64,000 bases of DNA from Bacteroidota bacterium (GTDB taxonomy: Bacteria > Bacteroidota > Bacteroidia > Bacteroidales > JAAUTT01). The notes below the pieces were generated by a model, which saw nothing but the letters and a program-made list of their open reading frames with translations, did not search any database and was not told the origin of the DNA. Shown here one piece after another: positions 37,338-45,800 of this stretch. Location: NCBI GenBank assembly GCA_021779665.1, contig JAJYAG010000001.1:67396-131395 (forward strand), written 5' to 3'. The position numbers were made by a program, and so were the translations under genes. Within the stretch, counting starts at the first letter, position 1, and every line of letters starts with the position of its first letter.

Positions 37338-38411
37338 ATGAATAAATTACACGAATTCAGAAAATTATTAATCGAAAATAATCTGGAAGGATTTTTTACA
37401 ACTTCCATTTCCAATATAACCTATTTAACAGGGTTTAAAGGCGATTCCTCGCGTCTATTAATATCGCAAAACAGAGCCATCCTTATCACTGACGGACGCT
37501 ATACCGAACAGGCTGAAAACGAATGCTCAGGTGATGTAGAAGTATTTAAATGGATTGACAACATACGTTACGCCTCCGAAACGTATTCACACCTTTTAAA
37601 AGAGCTTCAGATAAAAACGATTGGGATTGAAGGAAATGCCCTAACTGTTGCCGAATTTGAAACATTGCAGAAGAGTGCGTTAAATATTGTCATCACCAAT
37701 ACACCGGGACTTACAGAAAAGCTGCGCGCTAAGAAAACGACTGAAGAAGTTGAATATCTCAGAAAAGCCTGCCGGATATCAGACCTTGCTCTTGAAAAAA
37801 CCTTGCCTTTCATTAAAGAAGGTATAACCGAACTTGAACTTGCCGCTCAGCTTGAATATCAGCTCAAAATGAACGGTGCCGAGAATCTCTCGTTCGATAC
37901 AATGGTACTCTCAGGTGCTAAAACATCGCTCCTCCACGGAAAACCGGGAAATAAAAAACTCGCAAACGGCGATTTTGTGCTTTTCGATTTCGGCGCCTTG
38001 TATGGTGGCTATCATGCTGATATCAGCCGTACATTTATGCTGGGCTCACCATCGGCGCAGCAAAAGGAAATGTATCAGGCTATTTATGATGCGCAGATCG
38101 CTGCTGTTTCAGCTTTAAAATCCGGCATAACCTCCAGAGAGCTCGATGCACTGGTTCGGAGCATTCTACCGGCAAAATATCATGAATATTACTATCCCGG
38201 ACTGGGGCATGGTGTGGGACTCGAAATTCATGAGACACCTTTTTTAGGCAGAGATTATGAAGCCACGCTTGAGGTGAATAACGTAATTACTATTGAGCCA
38301 GGAATTTATATTCCTGAATTTGGCGGTTTACGTATTGAGGATACTGTTTGGGTACAAAATGACAAATCTGAGCCTTTAACACAGTTTCCAAAAGAGCTGA
38401 TGATTCTTTAA
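37338..38411 (+). CDS. Xaa-Pro aminopeptidase / M24B metallopeptidase
   Basis: 357 aa with a creatinase-like N-domain. Metal-ligand blocks are present: FDFGALYGGYHADISRT, GHGVGLEIHE, ITIEPGIY and LRIEDTV. Confidence 0.85.
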   Translation: MNKLHEFRKLLIENNLEGFFTTSISNITYLTGFKGDSSRLLISQNRAILITDGRYTEQAENECSGDVEVFKWIDNIRYASETYSHLLKELQIKTIGIEGNALTVAEFETLQKSALNIVITNTPGLTEKLRAKKTTEEVEYLRKACRISDLALEKTLPFIKEGITELELAAQLEYQLKMNGAENLSFDTMVLSGAKTSLLHGKPGNKKLANGDFVLFDFGALYGGYHADISRTFMLGSPSAQQKEMYQAIYDAQIAAVSALKSGITSRELDALVRSILPAKYHEYYYPGLGHGVGLEIHETPFLGRDYEATLEVNNVITIEPGIYIPEFGGLRIEDTVWVQNDKSEPLTQFPKELMIL

Positions 38412-39691
38412 GCTTCCTGCTCTTTGAATTCCCCAAGGAATTTTGAGAATAGAAAAATACAAACAATCCCAACTAAAAAGTGAACGCTCAAGGTATACCA
38501 GATATATTCGGGGTGATGCATTTTTTCGTAATATCCATATAAGGAAGTGTAAGTAAATCCGCTTAAAAATCCTCCGATACAGCTCGAAAGGAAATAGGTT
38601 CCCATGTACAATCCTGCTTTTTCTTTAGGGGCAATCCAGGTGATATATTCCTGAATTCTTGGCGCTGTGGCCATCTCTCCTATTCCATACAAAAAAACTC
38701 CCAGGAAAACCAAAGCTGGCAAGCCAAAATAACTTTGGGCAAAGCAAAAGAAGCCCGTGGAGGCTATTGCTAAACCAACAATGATGGCCGGCAATGCTTT
38801 TAACTTACCACTGGCCCACGAAACAAGCAACTGAAAAATAATGATGAAATAAGCCGGGGAAGCAATTGTTTCTCCAATTACCCTCCAGGTTCCTTTCTCC
38901 TCATGAGAAACAAGTCCCGCAAATCCGCCGCCGAAAGTATTTTTCAAGCTTTGGTACAAACTTGCGGTGTCGATGTATTTATCGATATAATCGGCTACCA
39001 CATTGTAAAACGACCACAAAGGGAGCCAAAACATCAACCCGATCATTACCAGGAAGAGTACGAATTTACCATCGGACAGTGCAATTCCCATATCCTTGAA
39101 CTTCTTGCCGAGTGTCTCGCCTTCAATGGCGCGCGGAGGTTCTTTATAGAAGAAAATGGTGATTAAAAGCATTACAACGATGGATATTGCAGCAGCAGAG
39201 AATGCATGATCCCAAGAAATAGCCCTTAAATGCCCAGCTACCAAAGGCCCAAAAGTTCCGCCCACATTTACCATCGCGTAAAAAATACCAAATCCCAGCG
39301 TTTTATTGTCTTTATTGGATACCGCCCTCACCGTGCCCGAAATAAGTGGCTTAAACACACCGGCAGCAAAACCTATGGTTAACATGGACAATACTATACC
39401 ATTGAATGACGTTGTACTTTTTAACAATAATATTGCAGGAATATATGCCAGATATGCAAATATCAGCATTTTTTTAAATCCGTAACGGTCGGCAAAAGTC
39501 CCTGAGAATAGCGGCACAAGATACGAAACCAGCAGAAAAATGCTTTGCACCACCCCAAGTTGTGCTCTGGTGTATCCCAGATGGGTCATATAAATGCCAA
39601 AGCCCATGTAAATACCATAATAGGCAAAACGTTCCAACACCTCAATGGTATTGGCAATCCAGAATACAGGAGGAAAAGCCGATCGTTTCAT
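38408..39691 (-). CDS. POT/PTR2-family peptide transporter (MFS)
   Basis: 427 aa. The N-terminal EVLERFAYYG matches the POT ExxERFxYY motif. Convergent with the aminopeptidase gene, overlapping it by 4 nt. Confidence 0.75.
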   Translation of the reverse strand: MKRSAFPPVFWIANTIEVLERFAYYGIYMGFGIYMTHLGYTRAQLGVVQSIFLLVSYLVPLFSGTFADRYGFKKMLIFAYLAYIPAILLLKSTTSFNGIVLSMLTIGFAAGVFKPLISGTVRAVSNKDNKTLGFGIFYAMVNVGGTFGPLVAGHLRAISWDHAFSAAAISIVVMLLITIFFYKEPPRAIEGETLGKKFKDMGIALSDGKFVLFLVMIGLMFWLPLWSFYNVVADYIDKYIDTASLYQSLKNTFGGGFAGLVSHEEKGTWRVIGETIASPAYFIIIFQLLVSWASGKLKALPAIIVGLAIASTGFFCFAQSYFGLPALVFLGVFLYGIGEMATAPRIQEYITWIAPKEKAGLYMGTYFLSSCIGGFLSGFTYTSLYGYYEKMHHPEYIWYTLSVHFLVGIVCIFLFSKFLGEFKEQEA

Positions 39692-39733
39692 GTAATTAGT
39701 TTAAGGCCGCAATATAGTTAAAAAATAGAAAGA

Positions 39734-39865
39734 GTCCTCAGTCGTCGGTCCACAGACGACTGCTAAACAGCCCAGGAATAAAATGTTTGTATTAGCGGTG
39801 GACTAACGTCTGTAGATCGTCCAATAATTGTATTTGCCGTGGACCGAGGTCTGTCGACAGTCGAC
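39734..39865. repeat. GTCGAC-word intergenic element, locus A
   Basis: Chains of GTCGTC/GTCCAC/GTCTGT/GTCGAC words, including the hairpin cagtcgtc-ggtccaca-gacgactg (39739-39762). It also carries the GCTAAACAGCCCAG and TTGTATT words shared with the other loci. It ends 5 nt from the stop at 39870. Confidence 0.75.
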
Positions 39866-39869
39866 TAAT

Positions 39870-40583
39870 CTACTTCCCTCTCCTGAATCTTTCCTTCTCT
39901 TCTTTGCCCATTTTTTCAGTGGCGTACTGAATGATCAATCTGGGAGCTTTATCTTTCCATTTCAGCAGAAACTCCTCTGTTTCGGCTGGCTTAATTTTCC
40001 AGCATTCTCGCAAAAACCAGCCCATTCCCTGGTGAACTTCGCGTTCGGGATCCGTCATTAACTGCTCCAGGAATTTAAATAGGGACTGGAAGTTATCCCT
40101 TGTCTTTATAGTTTTTATTATGGTTACGGGGACGCAACGTCGCTGAAACTTATACTTCGACTTCAGCCAGCTTTTAAAATCTTTATCTTCAATAATTTTG
40201 TACTTGAAAAATTTAGGCAGAATAAACATCCCCAGGGTATCAGCATGTGCCCAATTGTAAATGGAATAGCTGAACCAGGTGCCCATTTTATCAAAAAGCT
40301 CCTTAGTGTATTGCTTTTCGAAACCGTTGACGAGAAGAAGTCCCAGAGTCACCTCTTCATATTTTGCGCTGTTAAAAAGCTCAGGAACAGCCTCCAGGAC
40401 AGTTTGAAGCGTAATCGCTTTTTCGCGAAGCAGCTGCTTCGCTTTTTCATTCATCTGAGGTTGAGTAAGGCCATAACTATCAGGTGCTTCTTTAAAATAC
40501 CTTTTTGATTTCGAAGCATTTTCTGCATTCTGATTTTCAATGCAGAATTTTCTGATATCATCAATTAACTCCGAACTGTTCAT
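39870..40583 (-). CDS. DNA alkylation repair protein (AlkD-like HEAT-repeat family)
   Basis: 237 aa, all-helical. The N-terminal pattern ...NAENASKSKRYFKEAPDSYGLTQPQM and WAHADTLG are as in DNA alkylation repair enzyme family proteins (from memory). Confidence 0.7.
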   Translation of the reverse strand: MNSSELIDDIRKFCIENQNAENASKSKRYFKEAPDSYGLTQPQMNEKAKQLLREKAITLQTVLEAVPELFNSAKYEEVTLGLLLVNGFEKQYTKELFDKMGTWFSYSIYNWAHADTLGMFILPKFFKYKIIEDKDFKSWLKSKYKFQRRCVPVTIIKTIKTRDNFQSLFKFLEQLMTDPEREVHQGMGWFLRECWKIKPAETEEFLLKWKDKAPRLIIQYATEKMGKEEKERFRRGK

Positions 40584-40585
40584 GC

Positions 40586-42055
40586 CTAAAAATTAAACCA
40601 TGATTCGACAAAACTACGCATTTTACAAGGATCCTCGTCCTTGTGGGTGTATTCGTTTGTGTGAGGATTATATTGATAATCCTTACGCCACTCCCAATGA
40701 TTTTCGGCAAGCTGTTTTATTGCGTTCAGAATAAACCTTACCTCATCATCTGTCATAACCGGATGGATGGAGAATCTGAGCCAGCCAGGTTTGCAGGAGA
40801 GATCCCCCTGACTGATGCGCTCGGTAATTTCACTCGAGAGACTCTGGTCCACATGCAGCAGATAATGACCATAAGTTCCTGCACAGCTGCAACCACCGCG
40901 TACCTGAATCCCGAACCTGTCGTTTAGTATCCTGACAGCCAGATTGTAATGAAGATTATCTATATAAACAGAAAAGATGCCCAAACGTTCTTTGATGTTA
41001 CCTGCAAGAATATGCAGACCTTCAATTTTTTCAAGCCCCGGCCAGATAATATTTTTCAGTTCTTCTTCTCTTTCGAGCATTTTTTCAACGCCCATCTGCT
41101 CCTTCAGTTTAATACAAAGTGCAACTTTAATAGTGGGCAGAAAGGCAGGTGTACCGCCATCTTCACGTTTTTCAATATCTTCAACGTATTTATGACGACC
41201 CCATGGGTTTGTCCACTCAACTGTTCCACCTCCCGGACAATCGGGTATTTTATTTTTGTAAAGAGAGCTGTCGAATATCAGAATGCCAGTAGAACCTGGC
41301 CCGCCGAGAAACTTATGCGGTGAGAAATAAATGGCATCCAGCTTCTGAGCTGCTACCTGCGGATGCATGTCGATGTTGATATACGGTGCTGCACAGGCAA
41401 AATCGACAAAGCACAGGCCGCCAAAATTGTGCATTATTTCGGCAATCTGATGATATGGCGTTGCAATGCCTGTTACGTTGGAATAAGAAGTAACAGCGGC
41501 AATTTTGGTCTTTTTGTATGAAAATTGTTTCAGCAAAGTTTCCAATCCCTGCAAGTCTACCAATCCGTTATCGTCCGATGGTATAATCATCAGTTCGCCG
41601 ATCGTTTCAAGCCATGAAGTCTGATTGGAGTGATGCTCCATGTGCGTGACCAGAATCAGAGGCTTTTCTTCTTCTGAAAGCTGAACGAGATCTTTATACT
41701 TCTCGTGTATCCTGAAACCTAATATGCGTTGAAATTTATTTACAACGCCTGTCATACCTGAATTAGACGAGATAATCACATCCGATGAATGAGCGTTGAC
41801 ATGCCGTTTGATTGTTTTGAGAGCCAAATGATACGCGTGAGTCATACTGGAACCCGTTAGCGTGGTTTCGGTATGGGTATTACCCACGTAAGGACCGATA
41901 ATATCCGAAATTTGCTTTTCAATGGGAGCATAAAGTCGTCCGCTTGCTGTCCAGTCGGCATAAACAACTTTTTTTTTGCCATAAGGCGATTCGAAAAACA
42001 AATCGTTCCCAATGGTATTTTCACTATAGGTTTTGAAGTAGTTTTCCAGTGACAT
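40586..42055 (-). CDS. Class-V aminotransferase-fold PLP enzyme (cysteine desulfurase / selenocysteine lyase-like)
   Basis: 489 aa. The PLP-lysine context is YFSPHKFLGGPGSTGIL. Also contains NTHTETT and VTHMEHHSN. Confidence 0.8.
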   Translation of the reverse strand: MSLENYFKTYSENTIGNDLFFESPYGKKKVVYADWTASGRLYAPIEKQISDIIGPYVGNTHTETTLTGSSMTHAYHLALKTIKRHVNAHSSDVIISSNSGMTGVVNKFQRILGFRIHEKYKDLVQLSEEEKPLILVTHMEHHSNQTSWLETIGELMIIPSDDNGLVDLQGLETLLKQFSYKKTKIAAVTSYSNVTGIATPYHQIAEIMHNFGGLCFVDFACAAPYINIDMHPQVAAQKLDAIYFSPHKFLGGPGSTGILIFDSSLYKNKIPDCPGGGTVEWTNPWGRHKYVEDIEKREDGGTPAFLPTIKVALCIKLKEQMGVEKMLEREEELKNIIWPGLEKIEGLHILAGNIKERLGIFSVYIDNLHYNLAVRILNDRFGIQVRGGCSCAGTYGHYLLHVDQSLSSEITERISQGDLSCKPGWLRFSIHPVMTDDEVRFILNAIKQLAENHWEWRKDYQYNPHTNEYTHKDEDPCKMRSFVESWFNF

Positions 42056-42152
42056 CCCTGTTTCCTTTACATGTATAAATTTCGAACGTTATGTGCAAAA
42101 TAATGGATTTTATTCTGTAATTTACATGACAGTTTTCGATAAAACGGAAAAT

Positions 42153-42341
42153 ATGGAAATTGACGATGATAAAATTACCTGCAACTGCGGGAAAAGCTTT
42201 CCAAGAACCAGCGATTACAGGCATTGTACCAATTGCTTTGCCTGCACGGGATGCGAAATTTACTATTGTCCCTATTGCGACGAACGCATTGAAATTAAGC
42301 CGGTAAGGAAGATTGAGGATGGAAGGGAGAGAAATATTTAG
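42153..42341 (+). CDS. Small Cys-rich zinc-ribbon-like protein (62 aa from MEIDDD...)
   Basis: Eight Cys: CNC, CTNCFACTGC and CPYC. The start is uncertain (track GTG 42093; ATG 42126 or 42153). The stop codon is fused to repeat locus B. Confidence 0.35.
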   Translation: MEIDDDKITCNCGKSFPRTSDYRHCTNCFACTGCEIYYCPYCDERIEIKPVRKIEDGRERNI

Positions 42342-42467
42342 TCGACAGACTTCAGACCACAGCAAATACGAAATACAAAGTCGACGGTCGGACGGACCTC
42401 AGTCTACAGCAATTCAAAATACAAAAAGACGACAGACCAATGTTAATTACCTAGGTCTGTCGTCTTT
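42340..42467. repeat. GTCGAC-word element, locus B: about 2.5 tandem units plus a perfect 14-bp hairpin
   Basis: Unit 1 is agtcgacagacttcagaccacagcaaatacgaaatacaa. Unit 2 is agtcgacggtcggacggacctcagtctacagcaattcaaaatacaaaa. The hairpin is aaagacgacagacc (42425-42438) / ggtctgtcgtcttt (42454-42467). Confidence 0.8.
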
Positions 42468-42584
42468 AGTGGCTCTGATGCACATTATTGTTGGTACTAA
42501 ATAGTATGTACAATTGCGGCGAAAATAAAATTAAAGCTCTTTTTAGGACATTTGCACGCCGCCAAAATTAATCCTTTGATATAA

Positions 42585-42639
42585 CCCGGGGCGCCGCTTC
42601 ACTTTGCCCCGGGCTGAATTATCCAAGGCTTTCAGCCTT
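42585..42639. repeat. Two GC-rich hairpins in the convergent intergenic region
   Basis: Hairpin 1 is cccgggg-n15-ccccggg (42585-42613). Hairpin 2 is aaggct-ttc-agcctt (42625-42639). Neither has a clean T-run on either strand. Confidence 0.5.
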
Positions 42640-42687
42640 AAAAAACATAAAATCAAATCTACATTTTTGTGCAACATAGCCTCCATA

Positions 42688-42800
42688 AACGACAGCTAAT
42701 GCAGAATACAAGTCGATAATCGATAGTCTATCGACTAAACGCTATTGACCTGTATTCTTGTATTGGCTATTGACCATGGACTAAAAGCTATCGACTAACT
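42688..42800. repeat. GTCGAC-word element, locus C (ATCGAC/ATTGAC dialect), overlapping the 3' end of the A2M gene
   Basis: Begins aaacgacagctaatgcagaatacaag. The words ctatcgactaa and gctattgacc then occur in mirror order around tgtattcttgtattg. The last ctatcgactaa supplies the A2M stop codon and its final codons. Confidence 0.7.
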
Positions 42801-45800
42801 TTAACCACCTCTCCATCAATCCAATATTTCATCTCATTTGTATAATAAAGGTAAGTACAACTTGCGGGGGCCTGGTAAGTTCCGGCGATTTCGGATCGTA
42901 AGTCGAGCTTTATTTCTTTCTCTTCGCCTGGTGCCATTTCTCTGTAATACAGCACTAAAAGATTCTTATTCACTTCATAGAAATCTACTTTGCCTTTTTC
43001 CTGAATCTCTTTTAACTGCCAGGGCTGCAGACTTAATCCTGAGGGTATTCCGATGATTGCCATTGTCATAGGCAATCCATCATTGGTGATATTCCGAAGT
43101 TTAATGTTCATACGTACCGTTTCTCCAACCCTTGTATTATGAGTGGAAAGGGCTGTTTCTAAAAGTAACTTGCTATCAGGATGCGATGCCGGGGTGCTGC
43201 TGTTCCATGATGCATCGAACGAAAAGGGCATTGAAGCCTGTGTGCCTGAAAACCTGATTAGGACTTTATTGGTACCTTCCTGAAGATATTTTTCAAATCG
43301 TGCAAGAACAATCTTCCCCTTGTCACCCTTCCTGAAACTTTGTGAACCGGCATTGCTGCCATTGATAATAAGGCTGATTTCTCCATCGCTGTTAACCTGG
43401 GCCGACTGGAGTGAATAAGCCGTAAGGGCCTTTAAGGCAAGAATGGTGGCCTGTGTTGATCCAAAACCTCCATAAGAGCGGGAAGAAATAATAAAATTGA
43501 CTGATTTTTCAAGCTCACTCCAGCTATACAGGGTGGTTTTTAACGCTGCCATGATATACAAGGATGCTGTTTCAACCTGTAACGATTTTCCATAAGAATG
43601 AGTAAACGAAGGTTGAATAGTTAACTGATCCCAACTTTTGTTATCTATCTTTTTTTGAATCATTTCCAGCATCTTACTTCCATCATTGGTTTTCTTATAA
43701 TTAAAGGCTGCATTCGCCATCAAAGCCAGGCGGTAAGGATCCTCGCTCTTTAAAGCTTCCTGCTTTGCCAGTTCATATTCAGTATCAATTTTATCAATTC
43801 CGGCTTCCGATAAAGCATAAACCACATAGGCATTGGTAACCTGGTCGCTTGTGCCGCCAAAGCTATATTTCTGATAGTTATCGCCTTTGAAGTTGCCTTT
43901 CCCATCGCGGTGTTTCAGAATCCATTTCAGGGTTCTGTCCATCATCGCCTGGTCAACGTCATCGTAAACAGCTTTCATATCGGTAAATTCCATAAATCCA
44001 TAGGCAGTGAGGCCTAAATGTCCGGGCGCATGACCAAACCATTCAAAACCATTCTGGGAGGTTTCAAAGCTTTTTAAACGGTCATACCCTGTTTTGATAA
44101 GTTTGAGTGCCCTTTGCGAAACCATTGCCGTATCCATGCCTCTGGATTTCAGGTATTGTAAAACCATGATGTTTGGATAAGTGCTCGACGAAGTCTGTTC
44201 AAAACAACCATAAGGTTCCCTCAGAATCGATTCAATACCCGATAATAGATCGCTCAGAATGTCAGGATAAGCTGAAAACTGGGCTTTTAAGGAACCCGGA
44301 ATGGCCTTGCTGATTGTAAATGTGAAGTTCTTTTCCGTCTCCTTTGCCGACACCGAAAAAGATGCAGGAAAACCTTTGGGCTGGATATCAACCTCCTGAT
44401 TAAATGCATCGCTGTTTGTACCACCGTCGAAATTAATCCCAAGTTTTACTTTACCGGCCATATTTCTGACAAAGAATGGAACGGATAAATTACGGTCGGA
44501 AAATGGAGCTATTTCAACTGAGTCGGGTAAAATAGTCAAGGGATTAAGATTCTCAGGAACATAGTATTGCAACTTTCCTGTTAATGTTTTGGATGTATTA
44601 TTTTTAAGAATCAGAGGCATCACAACTGTATCGCCAAAGGAAACATAAGCAGGAAACTTCACAGCCATACTGAATGGCAGCTGGGTATAGAATTTCTTTT
44701 CGGTACGACCCACATCGCCTGTGTTTCCAATACCTTCGGCTACAGCCCTGAAGGTTGTAATTTCGTCGGATGTATAAAATTCCACTTCGGCACTACCGGC
44801 GTTATTGGTACTGATGTTGGGATTCCAGTAAATCGTCGATCTGAAATCGGTCCGTTCCTTAGGTGTTTCATTCTCTTTATAAACCGGATAATAAAACTCT
44901 TTGATGCCAGACAGCCTTCTAGGCGAAATGAGTAAGCCGGAATATCGTGGTTTGAAGCTTTTCTTTAACTGCTTGTAATACCCATTATTGGCCGAAGTTG
45001 TAATCAATATTACCCCATTTGCTGCTCTGCAACCGTAAATTGAAGTAGCGCTCGCATCTTTTAATACCGAAATGCTTGCGATATTCGACACGGGAATGTT
45101 ATGGAGGATTGATTTACTATCGGACAAGGAAGGATCGTAGACAACGCCGTCAACCACATACAAAGGTTCATTCACTGATAAAGCGTTTGTCCCCCGGATA
45201 GTAACCTGCGGCGATACACCTGGCTGACCCTGATCGTTGATAACATTTAACCCGGCAACACGTCCCTGTAATGCCTGGTTAACCATACCCGGCAAGGTTT
45301 GAATATTGCTTGCAGTTACTTTGGTAACTGAGCCTGTAAGATCGGCTTTTCTTTGTGTTCCGTAACCGATTACTACAATCTCGTCGAGGCTTTTCACATC
45401 TTCATCAAGTATCATGTCAGGCCCTTTGCCCATTTCGACTGTTTCGGTAACATAGGATGTAACTGATCTTTTTTTGCTGATTTCCCCGGTCTTTACCTTC
45501 ACAATTTCGGGCATCAGCGATTCTCCGCTTATTGAGGAGCCCAAGCCTGTGCCAGCCAATTCATTCAGATAATCAATTTCTATGTAAATATCAGATATAT
45601 CAATTTCGCTGCTCCGGGCCAACACCTGAATATGTGATGATGCATCAGCATTTTCGAACCTGAAACGACCCAGTTCAGTTGTGCTAACTTTTAAAATTCT
45701 TTTGCGGTTTTCCAATTCAATTACAACAACTTCCGCTTTTACAGGCTTTCCATCTCTTTTATCCTTAACAGTGCCACTAATACAGCCAATTCTTTCGGCG

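Noticed and set aside
42340-42467. Possible degenerate CRISPR array (tandem ~40-48-nt units)
   Set aside because: There are only about 2.5 units and they are unequal in length. The repeat portions are themselves variable, no spacer/repeat alternation is visible, and there are no cas genes in the 64 kb. The same words occur at three other loci as terminator-like hairpins.
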